Source: Octopus sinensis
Lineage: Eukaryota
NCBI RefSeq assembly: GCF_006345805.1
Contig: NC_043021.1
Location: forward strand, 22,940,001-23,004,000
Length of the DNA: 64,000 bases
Direction of reading: 5' to 3'
A program made the position numbers and the translations under genes. Numbering within the stretch: the first letter of the stretch is position 1; each line of letters begins with the position of its first letter. The notes beneath the pieces are model-generated. The model had not been told where the DNA came from and searched no databases. It worked only from the letters and a program-made list of their open reading frames with translations. Shown here piece after piece: positions 1 to 13,829 of this stretch.

Positions 1-125
1 GGTATATAGGTAGATAGATAGATAAATACCAAAATAGATAGATAAAATAGATAGGTATATAGATAGATAGAAAAATAAATTGATAGATTAATAAATAGAT
101 AGATAGATAGTTAGATAGATAGATA
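1..125 (+). repeat. (GATA)n degenerate microsatellite
   Basis: Direct tagatagata repeats. Confidence 0.9.
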
Positions 126-191
126 CGCATTCAATATATGCATATATGCATAAGAACATATTCGTATAATATATATATATATATATATATA

Positions 192-277
<86 letters not shown>

Positions 278-285
278 TATATATA

Positions 286-322
286 AGCGCAGGGGCGGGG
301 TTGTGGCAAGAAGCTTGCTTCC
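286..322 (+). mobile_element. 5' head fragment of the CORE-type SINE family (same family as 44600, 53791, 58415)
   Basis: gcgcaggggcggggttgtggcaagaagcttgcttcc resembles the head at ~44600 (gcagcaagcttgctt). Confidence 0.45.
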
Positions 323-860
323 GCCTCGGTTGTGTCAGGGCTGCTCTTACACTGCAGAAGTCGCCACGCTGGTGTACACCTGGCGAAATATTGATTGAAA
401 AAGAAGCTCAGCTCTCATGTAAGACTTTTGCTTCTTGGGATCCAGTGGTTGCTTGTTGTTTGCTGTATTATATTTTGTACAAACAAGAAATCCTCACTGG
501 ATTCTGAACTCTGGTCTGCCTTCATTTGGGCAAAATTGTTAACTATTAAGTGAATTATTTTGGTGGGTGGATCTTCTGTTGCCATAAACTGTGGATTGTT
601 TTCTGCTGTTGTGAAGATTATGACCTGCATACGGGATACCGTAATTATGACCTGTATACAAGATACCGAATGGCCTCCACAGATAGCTGTGGAGGTCATA
701 ACGTTGCCCGCGTTGCAAAGGCTGAAGAAGGCCAACGAGGAATACCGCTTGTGGCCGGGCGGCCCCGTCACATCACCTGCTTTGTGTTTGAGTGAGGCGT
801 GGGAAATGCATTTATATTGGATAACACCATACAAAATTCTGGTGCATCTAACTTAAGTAC
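323..860 (+). mobile_element. Higher-GC island, possibly a decayed L1/Tx1 ORF1 remnant
   Basis: Frameshifted translation gives IAVEVITLP and LVAGRPRHITCFV, weakly like the segment preceding the ORF1 zinc knuckle; no intact motif. Confidence 0.25.
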
Positions 861-891
861 CATATTCCTTTGAATCTAAATTTGCTGAACT

Positions 892-928
<37 letters not shown>

Positions 929-1025
929 GTACATACATATGTGTGTGTGCATGTAGTGCATATATATCCTCTCTCAGAGATACATACTGACGCACAGTCA
1001 CTAACATACATACATACATACATAC

Positions 1026-1069
<44 letters not shown>

Positions 1070-1227
1070 TAATATATGTATATATATATGTATATATGTA
1101 TATATTATAATATGCAGATATTTCGCTATGTGAAATTACATTTGTGTATTCACATAATTACTTTTTATTCATAGCTGCCAGAAACCCGATCGTTGGGAGT
1201 ACTGAAGATTCTATAAATATATATATA

Positions 1228-1258
<31 letters not shown>

Positions 1259-2349
1259 AATATATATATACATATATATATATATGGATATATATATATA
1301 CATATATATATATAAATATATTAAATATATATACATATATATATATAGACATATATATATATATAACATACAATTTATATATGTGCATATATATATACAT
1401 ATATACACATATATATATATATATAATTATGTATTATGTATATATATATTGAATTGAACGGGTAAATATGCTGTCTTCCATAATATAATTTTTTGTTTTT
1501 CAACTGTCAATTTAATCTCTTTTTGTTGTATTACTGAAGATATACACAGAACCGTTGAATATGGGTATGTTAAGCGTAGGAGTTTAATGTGTCTTTGTGT
1601 TTAAGTGTATGCGCGTAAGTCTGTGTGTGTGTGTGTGTGTGTGTGTGCTCTAGAGTGTTTGGTTGTATCATTATATATATACACACACACATATATATAT
1701 ATATATTCACATAATATACATACATATATATATATATATGTATGTATTTAGTTTTGTATTGGTTTATATATGTAGGCAGGCATGCATTCACCTACATACA
1801 CCCATGTATGTATACTAGCATATACACACTTACAGTCACACACAGACACATAGACACTCACTTTTATATATATATATATATATATATATTCATGTATATA
1901 CATGTATATATATTGATATGTAGATATATAGGTGCCTAGATGTATGTAAATATATGAGCATTGAGCATATATCGATATGATATATAGATATAATTAGATA
2001 TATATGTATGACTTTTCATGTATGTATGTATATGTATGTATATATATATATACACACATGTGCATGCGTGAACACACACACACACATAAGTGTACATGGA
2101 TGTATTAAAATTATATATATTTCGTTGTTTTTCTTTGTAATTTCTTTTTTCTTCTTATATAACTTTTCTTCGTCCTTCTTCTTTTGTATGGAATAAACAA
2201 AAATTGCGTTATATATTGGTCTTTTCTTTCTTTGTCCCCTCTGTGTTCTAATCTTGTTGCTTTCGATTTACAACTCATCCTTCCGCGTTCATCATTTGAC
2301 GTTTTATTTTCATAAATCACCCTTACTCTAATCCAATATACGGCTCCTC

Positions 2350-2700
2350 TTTATATGCTCATGCTCCAGCCATTTATCCCTCCCTGCTCACACATAATTC
2401 CAATCTAATCCCATTATTGTTATCCATACAACCTCTTCATAGATGGCATTTCGTGCGTGTTTCTTCCAATTTAGATGCTGGCTATGTTGTGAGCTTCAAG
2501 GATGCATTAATGTCAGCCAACCAGTTTTGGTTTACCGTCGAGCTATTTCGTTTGGAGGCTTTTAGGGGAGACATCCGGTTATTTCTCCTTTCGCAGGTTT
2601 TCCTGAAGCTATTAGTGTACACAGAGAGCGCTGAGCTATCAGAAAGTTTAGCGAGCCGAGACACTATATAACGCCATTTCTTTCGGCTTAACCTTTTGAG
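2350..2700 (-). mobile_element. Possible decayed RTE-like LINE ORF2 C-terminus
   Basis: KKWRYIVSRLAKLSDS...NWLADINASLK loosely matches the RTE C-terminal pattern; contains stops. Confidence 0.25.
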
Positions 2701-2775
2701 ATCGATTTCCACCACGGTCTATTTGCCGTTCATCCTGTTGTGGCCGATAAAACAAGTACCAGTTGAGCGCCGAAG
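2695..2775 (+). mobile_element. Degenerate fragment of Meta-domain-like SINE
   Basis: tttgccgttcatcctgttgtggccgataaaacaagtaccagtt is similar to the core of the copies at 33217 and 55536. Confidence 0.6.
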
Positions 2776-2825
2776 TGTTTTGCGTCCAAATTGGACATAC
2801 ATTCAGTGTATAGATGTTGTTGTCA

Positions 2826-3100
2826 AGACGCTTGGCGTTGTAGTTAGGATATTCAGCTTCCGATCAGAAAGTCGAGAGTTCGATACCCAGTGCGATACCC
2901 AGCAGGCAAAAATGAGCTATGCCAATAATTCAAAGGGCCAGACTTGCCACATTCTATATCACACTGACTTTCTCTGAGATCTACCTTAGTGATACGTGTG
3001 TCTATGGAATGATCAACCACTTTGACGTTAATTTCATAAACCAGCTGTTTCGTCAATCGAATCAACTTGTAAACTCGTCGTCGTAACCGAGAGAGTGTCA
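2826..3100 (+). mobile_element. Old tRNA-derived SINE sharing its 3' half with the SINE at 9608
   Basis: B-box-like gagttcgatacc; tcaaagggccag...cgtcgtaaccgagagagtg aligns with 9817-9985. Confidence 0.7.
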
Positions 3101-4266
3101 GCTTTTCATCCATATATGTTGCTCCTGCGTATTAAAAAGGTTTAATCAAAATTGGAAGGTAGCATAAGTTATTGGGTAAAGCTTTATCTGTTTCGAATAC
3201 ACGATTATGGAATTGTTGGTTTCTAAACATAGGTAGAAGTCCAAAATAAATTGCATTGAATTAATAAACTGATAGTTATCAGGAATATGACTGAACGACC
3301 AATTGTTCCTTAAACCTTTAAAAAATCCATCACCCATCTTTTTCGCAAACTATTTCAAGTAAAGGCTGTGGTTGTTGAGTCCTCAGGCACCTACAGCTGA
3401 AGGCCCTATCAAGGACACGCGTCAGTACACTTACTGCTTGGATTCCCAATTTACCCAAGTAAAACTATGGGTATTTTCCATCCATCCATCCCATTTTTTT
3501 TATTTACCACCGGTCTCTTGTCGGTTGGCTCGTCTCAAAATATCCAGCATGCTATTGTCATCTGCGACGGAATTCTATTCACATGTCTATTGTAACAGTG
3601 CTATGACGTCACAATCAGGAGAAGCAGTATCGAAATTAAGAGACTTCAAGCTATTTTGTTAAAAATATAAGCCATTGTTCGCTATTCCTGTGGCGACCGT
3701 GAGCGAAACTTTCTAGGACATCTATTAATTAGGGTCCTGTCAGCAACAGCTGCCATTAGGCTGAAAGGTTGCATTCTCAGACTTGACTAACGGTGAAGAT
3801 AGATTTTATCCAATATCTTTATTTTTGGTCTACTCTCATTTCTACTGCCGGTTGGTTCGGTTTTAAGAATCTATCTCGTGATCATTTCCTGTGACATTGC
3901 AATTGTATGTTCGATGTACCGGAGCTCTGATTTCTCAACGCGTTGAAGTAGCGGTTTAGCCCGAAGGTTTACCACTTTCTGAGAAAAATCAATCAAATTA
4001 ACATTAAATTTGAAAAGCCATTGTGATTTGTCACCTCAAAATTCTTTAAAAGAAACTGCCACATTTGACAGAGAGGTCACAGTTGTTACAGTGTTTCTTA
4101 ATACAGAACGAAAAGTGAGAATAGTTGATTAGAAAGGAATTATAACTGCTCAGAGAAATATCCAATTACAAAGAACTCAATTTTGAAGAAAGAGAACAAA
4201 TGCAATCTCGATAACCGCCCAATAAAATCAACTTCTATCACACAACAATTAGTGCTGGGACTCCAA

Positions 4267-4389
4267 AGCAAAAGCAAAAACATATCTATTACAAAACGTA
4301 AAGAATTAGACACTAGCAAGACCTGAGCAAAAGCAAAAACATATCTATTACAATACGTAAAGAATTAGACATAAGCAAGACCTGAGCAA
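4267..4389 (+). repeat. 59-bp tandem duplication (2 copies)
   Basis: agcaaaagcaaaaacatatctattaca...gcaagacctg starts at 4267 and at 4326. Confidence 0.9.
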
Positions 4390-4863
4390 CTGTAATTCGC
4401 ACGATATTTCTACAAGCTTTCTTCCTCTGTAGGTTTTCAATGATATTGTGTCCAGAGAAAACTTCAAGGACGTTAGTTTAATGAAAATTGTTGTGTCACA
4501 TCTCAGGAATATTTCACTGCATGAAGTTAGTATACAACATTTCTATATTTGTGAATTATTTTAAAACGAATTATTATTATTTTATTTCCTGCAAAAATTA
4601 AACTGCATAAAAATTTCGGTATGCAAGAGTATTTTCAACGAAATGAAACAAAATGTCGATATGCTAAGGGAATTATGCAAGCTACTTCATCTTAAACAAG
4701 TCCCGTATCAACTCTCCTACATTTTCTCACGTCATGTAAGTATTTCTCAAATAATGATATGCATTTAAAGCCAGCTTACCATTGTCAGATTTTGGGATCT
4801 GTTCAGTTTGGGTTCTCTAAAAGTGATAGTCGATTGTCTTCGTTATTTTTGCTGTCATTTCCC

Positions 4864-4920
<57 letters not shown>

Positions 4921-5199
4921 AGTAATGCCAGCAGCAGCAGCAGCACCTGCGCAGCATTGCTGTTATTCCCGTGCGTGGCCATCTTAATGCGACACGAAAG
5001 AAATCTGAAGGTTCCGTTCGTATATGTATATATATGTTATGAATAATGCACAAATACACAAACAAACAACCATGGACAAAAATATATAGATTTGCATATG
5101 TGTGTGTGTGTGTGTGTGTGTGTCTATGTAAATCCAAACGGTCGCATACACGCACACAAAGTACTCACACAGACAAAAGCACACCACGCATGTATGCGT

Positions 5200-5297
5200 A
5201 TATATATATATATATATAATATATATATATTATATAATATACATATATATTATGTACATATATGTATATATATACATATATGTAAATATATATATAT

Positions 5298-5339
<42 letters not shown>

Positions 5340-5437
5340 TATATATATATATATATATATAATATATATATAATATACATATATATATATATGTACATAT
5401 ATGTATATATATACATATATGTAAATATATATATATA

Positions 5438-5518
<81 letters not shown>

Positions 5519-5530
5519 ATATGTATGTAC
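5200..5530. repeat. (TA)n microsatellite, representative of dozens of such tracts in the window
   Basis: Direct; these tracts produce the YIYIYI ORFs. Confidence 0.95.
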
Positions 5531-5699
5531 GTATGCCTGTATCTATGTATGTATTTCAAATCCATATGTGACAGCGCAAATATTACAATTTGAAATGGAA
5601 GCAATCATCAAACTTACGAAATGGTAAAATCAGAGATTATAACATGCAACGGTTTCTACGGGATTGCATGTCTTATATACAAACGGGAGAAGGTTGTTT

Positions 5700-5847
5700 A
5701 GAAAATCTTAGAATTCTGAGATGCAAAGACATTGATGATATATCTCAGATATCCACACTGATATGAGCGATGTGGATTCCTGAAACGTTGGTATTTTGCA
5801 GGAAAACTGACGAAGTAATTTTACGAATAATATCAATATAAATATAA

Positions 5848-5850
<3 letters not shown>
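5700..5850 (+). mobile_element. Penelope-like terminal fragment with degenerate hammerhead motif
   Basis: tgcaaagaca-TTGATGA-[atccaca/tgtggat stem]-GAAA-cg-TT-ggtattttgca, running into (TA)n. Confidence 0.4.
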
Positions 5851-5916
<66 letters not shown>

Positions 5917-6663
5917 AATATAAACAAAGAAACATAGAGTCGTTCGGTAATTGGGATACCTTTTATGAAATACACTCGGACTCGCAGACACACAGACACT
6001 GGCACAGACACATAGATACGCACACGCACATAAACATACGCACGCGCACACACACAAACGCACGCAAACACACACCACACACACATGTATTGTTGATGTC
6101 ATAATTTATGAACATCCGAGAGAACGTGAAATAATCGTTTCTCGGATCTATAGAACTCGAAGTCCACATAAATCTATAAATATTAGTATGTATATATGGG
6201 GTTGAAAAAGTCCAGGCATCCTGCTTTCCAGGCACCTTGCTAACATTTGAATAACTCGTTCAAAGAAATATGGAAATTGCAAATGAGTGTCTGTGACCAT
6301 ATAAACTCCTTCAGAAAGGAATATTTAGAATTCAGCAAAAGTAAATGATTTTCCAGACAATGGAGAATTCATTTGCAACAGTGTTTATAAAGTGTGGACG
6401 GAAAACAAAATTAGGTGACAAGGACTGTTTGCCTGAATGTGATAGTGAATTTAGAATCAAATGCGAAGGAAAGAAAAGAAAGAACTTTGCGCAAAGAATA
6501 TATACCATACCTAGTGTTTCATAGATCCAGAAACACATAGAGGCACATATATAAAGACACACATGCATAAAAAAATATGTATATGAATAAATAAGTATGT
6601 AAGGAAATTAATAAATATACATATTCATACTATACATATTCATATATATATATATATAATATA

Positions 6664-6702
<39 letters not shown>

Positions 6703-6864
6703 CAAAAGAGAGAGAGAGAGACAGAGAAACAGAGAGATAAATATATATATACATAGAAAAAATTGAGATAGAGTGAAGAGGTAATACAGTGCGAGTGTAT
6801 TGATTAACGTACAGAATAATTTTTAATTCCAATGAATATACGTCTATCTGTATATACATGTGAT

Positions 6865-6921
<57 letters not shown>

Positions 6922-7223
6922 ATTATATATATATAATATATATATAATATATATATATGTATATATATATGTATATATATATATCTATATATATATGTAT
7001 ATATATATGTATATGTATTTGTGTTTGTGTATGTATATATACATATACACACACATATATATGAATATATCTATAAATGATATGTATATATACATATATA
7101 CATTCATGCGTACATAGTCATTAAGCATTTAGTCAGTACTCTTGACTATTATCCTGTGTAATTGTGTACGTATAATCGGTATTGGTTGTGTTACTATATG
7201 CATGTCTCTGAGTGTGTGTGCGC

Positions 7224-7256
<33 letters not shown>

Positions 7257-7855
7257 GTGTGCTTTGGAGGTTGTTTTCGTGCGAGCTAATGCATTAATGC
7301 GGATATAATTTCATAACGACACGTAAAATGATATGAGAAATAAATCATAATATAAAAAAAAACATCAGAAACAAAAATATAATTTATACTTATATACGTA
7401 CCAATATTTACACGTAGACAAAACTACGAACAGGGAACCCGCAACGACACACACAAGCACAGACACACACTTACACGCACACATGCACAAAATACATACG
7501 ATTACGTTCGAATACATGCAGATACATACTCCTCCGTAACCTATAAGCATGACTCCATAATACGAAATATATCGAGTTAGTCTGCGAGTGCGAAAAAGTC
7601 TTTTCGTTTATACTTTTATTTTCTAGCATCAAGCTTAATTTTGGTCCAATAGAATTCTTCCAAATTAACTATTCACAAAGACTAATGTATATTTTATGAA
7701 AGCAGCGATCACTCTTGTTAATTGTCTTAATAAATGTGGCAGAAAATACGCTGCTTTGCTATTGGGCGATCTTGAATGTTAATCAAAATTCCATTATTTA
7801 CCATTATTTTAATTACGCATTCAAACAATTTTTGAATACGCAGGCATGTAAATAA

Positions 7856-7893
<38 letters not shown>

Positions 7894-7959
7894 GCACGTA
7901 TGGACTACTTCTCCTGTTTGTATATATACACACACACGCTCACACATCTATATATATAT

Positions 7960-8335
7960 ATAAATGAAAGAATGGAGTCGAACGAAGATGTTAACAAAAT
8001 TCCTTTACTCTGGACACATGTTTCGAAGACAGCATATTTTCATTCCGAAGGAATAAAGGGTGCATTATGCAATATTCTCATCAGGAAAGAAAAGGAGCCT
8101 CTCTCGACAACAAGAGAAACAAAAATTTCGATGATTGCCTACATGGTAACCAAAGCGATAATGAGTCCATTCTTTCATTTATTCATATACAACACACAGA
8201 TTTCTACACATGAACCCGTGGTTTCTACCATTGACAGGTCGCTTCAACCGTGTTTTCTGACGTGAATTGCTACCCAGGTTCGGTTAAACGAATTTTTCAT
8301 GCTGACGATAACCATAGGATAATTCATTCACCTAC
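7960..8335 (-). mobile_element. Penelope-like element terminal fragment between two (TA)n tracts
   Basis: Contains the HHR motif, is non-coding and is bounded by (TA)n on both sides. Confidence 0.5.
8001..8096 (-). ncRNA. Type I hammerhead ribozyme motif (Penelope-type), near intact
   Basis: Minus strand: tccttttctttc-CTGATGA-gaa...ttc-GAAA-catgt-GTC-cagagtaaagga; stem I pairs 10 of 12 positions; stem II closed by G-C with an internal hairpin. Confidence 0.7.
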
Positions 8336-8348
8336 TTAAATATATATA

Positions 8349-8406
<58 letters not shown>

Positions 8407-8427
8407 ATATATATATTATATGTATAT

Positions 8428-8467
<40 letters not shown>

Positions 8468-8709
8468 TTCAAACTCTTGTTTTGTTGCAGTGGTCACGAA
8501 GATATAGCAACACGTCTGTGAGTGCACTATGTGAGGAACCATATTGCTGAGTATGTCTTTGCAAATCTGCGCCGTTATTTACCAATGTGGTCTAGGATAA
8601 AGTTTAGCTTATCTCCGTGTGTTGAAAGAACACAGAATAATCTCAAACATGGGTAAATTACGTAAACTTATTACTTTTAATGTGTTGATTTATACACACA
8701 CACACACAC

Positions 8710-8778
<69 letters not shown>

Positions 8779-9038
8779 CTGTGTGTATGTATCTATATGT
8801 ATGTATTTATATGTATATATATATATATTATATATATCTGCAGATATATATATGTATGTAAAAATATATCTCTATAATCTATAGTTATATGTTTTATATA
8901 TTATTTCATGTATATATATATATATATATATCTATATATATATGTAAATACATACATACATATACATTCATATACATACATATTTATTATATATGCATAT
9001 ACCTATATATACATATACCTATATATATATATAGTTAT

Positions 9039-9069
<31 letters not shown>

Positions 9070-9086
9070 TATATTTATATATATAA

Positions 9087-9132
<46 letters not shown>

Positions 9133-9151
9133 ATATATATATATATGTATA

Positions 9152-9211
<60 letters not shown>

Positions 9212-9607
9212 GTATGTATATTTATGCTACGTATCTGGTCGTTTATGAGTTTCTAGTGTTGAATAACAAGCCAAGTGTTATCGCTAGACGAGCAGTATAT
9301 ATTCGTATCCGATTGATCTTATATGTAAACGATTGAAGCTGATTTCACTTTGAAGATTGAATCCATGGAAAGCAACAGTCTGAACGCTAAATGGATCTGT
9401 CTCATGCAGGATATTCCGATATACATATGATAACGACCAACGTCACTGATTGTTATTCTAGATATACTATCGCTAAATTTAATGACGAGTATCTCATACT
9501 GGCTTACAAACTTCGATACTTGGAGTTCTTGAAGTGTAGTACCAATGAAAACTGCAGTCATGCGGGCAAAGTAAAAACTTGCATCTGCTACCATATATCT
9601 TCAGAAA

Positions 9608-9990
9608 GTGGATGCGCAATGGCCCAGTGAGTAGGGCAGCGGACTCGCGGTCAGAAGATCGCGGTTTCGATTCCCAGACCGGACATTGTGAGTGTTTATT
9701 GAGCGAAAACACCTAAAGCTCCACGAGGCTCCGGCAGGGGGTGGTGGTGAACCCTGCTGTACTCTTTCACCACAACTTTCTCTCGCTCTTTCTGCCTGTT
9801 TCTCTTGTACCTGTATTTCAAAGGGCCAGTCTTGTCGCACTCTGTGTCACGCTGAATCTCCTCGAGAACTACGTTAAGGGTACACGTGTCTGTGGAATGC
9901 TCAGCCACTTGCACGTTAATTCCACGAGCAAGCTTTACCGTCGATCGTATCAGCTGGGACCCTCATCGTCGCAACCGACGGAGTGCTCCT
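9608..9990 (+). mobile_element. Full-length tRNA-derived SINE with perfect 14-bp TSD
   Basis: A box tggcccagtgagt, B box tttcgattcc; TSD tatatcttcagaaa at 9594-9607 and 9991-10004. Confidence 0.9.
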
Positions 9991-10300
9991 TATATCTTCA
10001 GAAATGAGAAAACCAAGGGCGATATGGTATTCAGTCGGAGCTGTTACATGTAATAGATTTAAAGTATGACCAACTCTATAGAAGGAGTCATATGTATAAT
10101 TTGAAACAGTTTGATGAGTTGTTATACGGATTAATATTTTGCAGACATCAAAAAGAAGCCCATAATTTACATGTATTGTATTGCCGTTTATTTTATAAAT
10201 TTTATTTAACGTTTCGAGCGAAGCTCTTCTTCAGAAACAGGAAAGAGGGGAAAGTGCAAGAGAAAATGAAGAGAGAGGAAAAAATCGGCAAGAGCTTGAA

Positions 10301-10418
10301 CTCGTGGAGCTTTAGGTGTTTTTGCTCATTAAACACACACAACGCCCGGTCTGGGAATCGAAACCGCGATCCTACGACTGCGAGTCCGCTGCCACAACCG
10401 CTGGTCCATTGCGCCTCC
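10301..10418 (-). mobile_element. 5' fragment of the same SINE, inverted
   Basis: Reverse complement matches 9610-9727 (ggaggcgcaatggaccagcgg...cacctaaagctccacgag). Confidence 0.9.
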
Positions 10419-10435
10419 AAATATATATATTATAT

Positions 10436-10501
<66 letters not shown>

Positions 10502-10532
10502 ATATATACATATATATATGTATGTATATATA

Positions 10533-10571
<39 letters not shown>

Positions 10572-10629
10572 GTATGTATATATATATATACATTATATAT
10601 ATACACCATATATATATCTATATATATAA

Positions 10630-10821
10630 TATTAGGGAGTAAATCCAAACTTACAGGAAAAACTTAGATTTGATTAAATCTAATTTTACAGTATAGATAG
10701 AGATAAAAATTAGGCAAATATATTATATTATATATATCAAACATATTGCACAGTGGATCTGGAAATTTAGAATGCTATATTGATTTGCCTAATAGTGATT
10801 TTATCTCTAATTTAATATATA

Positions 10822-10853
<32 letters not shown>

Positions 10854-10910
10854 CAAACATATTGGCACAGTGGATCTGGAAATTTATAATGCTATATAGA
10901 ATATTATGTC
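10630..10910. mobile_element. Small repeat fragment (probably a Penelope-like terminus) with internal direct and inverted repeats
   Basis: aatccaaacttacaggaaaa is shared with ~44868; atcaaacatattg(g)cacagtggatctggaaattta occurs at 10736 and 10852; embedded in (TA)n. Confidence 0.4.
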
Positions 10911-12251
10911 TTCGAGTTCAACCTTACGGTTTGTGTATCCGAAAGGGTTTTTCTCCAGAATCTTTTAATGATATTATTGAGAATTCTATGTTCTTGAAAT
11001 CCACTGCTCTTAAAATATTTATTCCACGTTTTTTCGAAAGTTTACGATTTCTCGTGGTGTAAACAACACAGACACATGTATATGTATGCGTGTAGAAACG
11101 TATACACACATCAATACATATACTTACGCATATATACACATAAAATATCGATAGATATTTACATGAATACACTCCTGCGCAAACGCACGTTTACGTACTT
11201 ACAAATATACAACCATGCATGAATGCATACATACATGAACGAACAAGAAATTAGCAGGAAAATACGAGGGGAAAATTAATGCGATGTAAAAAAAGTTAAG
11301 AATGAACAAGGAATGAAAGAACGAAAAGAATGAAAAACGTAAAAGAGAACGAAAAATAAAAGAGACAAAAAAACTCTTGACGAGAATAGCTTTATATAAA
11401 AAAATGACTGTGAAATCACTGAAAAAAAACACACAGTCTCGAGACAAATGAAGAAAAGTTAATTAAAAGTCGATACAACATAAGGAAAACAATAAAATAC
11501 GTAGTCCTATTATGTTATTTTATCAGTGAACAGCGTACATTCTTATCATTCATCTCATTGTTACTCTTGCTTCTGTCATTCCGATGTAATTATTATCAAG
11601 GTTACAAGGTTCTTGGTTTTTTTCTCGGAAATTTTTTTCTTTAATTTTCTTTAATTATTATTATTGGTACGATTTCTTACTTGTAGTATTGTTTTGTGTT
11701 GTTCTTGCTGTTTCTGTTCTTGTTTTAATTTTCTAGTGTTTATTCATTTCTTTGTGTGTATGGGTGTTGTTTCAGCTGTTCTTATTCTTACTTGTTGCGG
11801 TTGTTGCGCTACAGCCTGTTACAATCTGTGTAAAAGCTTTTGTTTCAAACGTTGAAAACGATGAAGCTCCAGTTCTCTCCCGGTGTTCTTTCTTGATCTT
11901 TTTTTATTCCTTGTCATACGAAGCGTATCATTTGTATCACCATTTTTTTTCTTGCTGTTTTCATGCCTTCGTCTTCTTACTATAGTTATTCTTCTGGCTG
12001 TTGTAATCAATTACTCTAGAGAAAGAGGTCGTAACCTATACGTTTGAAATGTGTCAGGTAAATCCATTACATATTTTGATTCCATAGGCTGTTGTTACTC
12101 TCAGAGGTACCTTGTGGTTGTAATTTCACGATTTAAAAATGTACGGTATTTGTGCTAATCGCAACAAGTTGAATTGTTCATATATTTTATATACCACTCA
12201 CACACCAATATACATATATATATTATATATATATATATATATATATGTGTA

Positions 12252-12282
<31 letters not shown>

Positions 12283-12367
12283 ACATAATATATGTGTGCA
12301 TGTATGTATATATTTATATATATATACATAATATATGTGTGCAAGTATGTATATATTTATCTATATA

Positions 12368-12409
<42 letters not shown>

Positions 12410-12620
12410 ATATATATATATAATATATATATATATATATTAATATTATATATATACATATATATATAGCCAATACAGTAAACAAATGTTTGAAAAAACG
12501 AAATCCGAAAAGGAAAGAAAAAAGAGAGAATAGAAACAACCTGAGGGCGAGCACAAGAGTTATACTGTTTTGACGCTCGTTGGAGAGAGAGAAATTCAAT
12601 ATTTTCAGCATAATATATGT

Positions 12621-12703
<83 letters not shown>

Positions 12704-13229
12704 TAGAAGAGAGGAGTGAGGGGGAGAGAGAGATGTATGTGTGCGTCTGTGTATTTATGTATGTATGTATCTATTTATTGCAGGGAAACGAATATATGTA
12801 ATATTTATCATTATAATACTACGCTATTTGTAATATTTTCTCTACCTTTAGAAAATTGATTTGGAACCAATTCAAAATAAATAAAGACATATCTATTCTT
12901 ATAATATAAAGTCATTGTGTTGAGGTCTCAAAATGAAAAACTTCCCATCAAACATTGATGAAATATAAACATAGATGTAAAAAGTAACTTCCGGCAATCT
13001 ATATTGTTCATTCACTTAAATATCTTCCTTAACATCCTGTTTCCGTTTCTTTATTTTCTCATGTACGATCACACATATATAATAATTGTGTTTAAAATCT
13101 TCGTCCGGGAGAATAATATGCGACCGGAGATTTATTCGGTTTCTTTAGCCCAGCCTTAGCAGGTTCGTCATGAAATGTTGTCAATCGATGTCGTACACTG
13201 AAGAAAAATCGTGTTTAAGTAAGAGTATT

Positions 13230-13400
13230 CCAGAGTTTGGAACATTATGGTTAGTGTTGGTAAAGAAAGAATAAAGATTGAGAGGAGAAACATTTCAGTC
13301 GAATGTTTGGATGGAGAAGCTTCACGAGATTCTGTCAGCCTGGAACAGAGTCGAGTGCAGAGACAATGAGAGGCCCGGTGACGTGATAGCAGATATTTCA
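13230..13400 (+). mobile_element. Possible very decayed L1/Tx1 3' end
   Basis: aaagaaagaataaagattgagaggaga resembles aaagaaaagtgagggtggagagaaa at ~37405. Confidence 0.2.
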
Positions 13401-13829
13401 GTCACGAGAGGAATTGTTTTCGTGAATAACTAACTGCTAAGTTGGATGATAATTTGTAGGAAAAACGACACCAATGTTAGAATTACAGTTGCAGTACAGT
13501 CTCGCATGTGTAAACTACTATAAGCATTTATTGTATTTGAAACAAAATTTCGAATTATTTTATTATATGTCACTCGTTCGGGACTGACCTACAGCTAGAC
13601 TCAAAATATTCTCGTTAACCCTGTCATACTACAATGGCTTTCAAATCCTATTTCACGTAAACCTCATTCATTTTCTTTTACATTTTGCATTTAGTTAATT
13701 ATTTCTGCTTCCAAACCTTTCTACATGCATCTTATTACTAACCAACGTGAAATAAGATCAAACAGCCTGTGTCAACTTGAAGGGATTTCGACAAATAAAG
13801 GGCAATTTTTGCTGTGAACATTTTTACCG

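Noticed and set aside
415-834. PGHK followed by a frameshifted GIP, resembling the RNase H WVPGHxGI motif
   Set aside because: No W before it and no GNExAD after it; probably chance.
2310-2319. Pbx/Hox-type site TGATTTATGA (minus strand)
   Set aside because: Expected by chance in sequence this AT-rich.
8475-8524. Possible 27-nt micro-exon (ttgttttgttgcag ... gtgagt)
   Set aside because: Splice-like motifs of this quality arise by chance in 64 kb, and there are no partner exons or homology.
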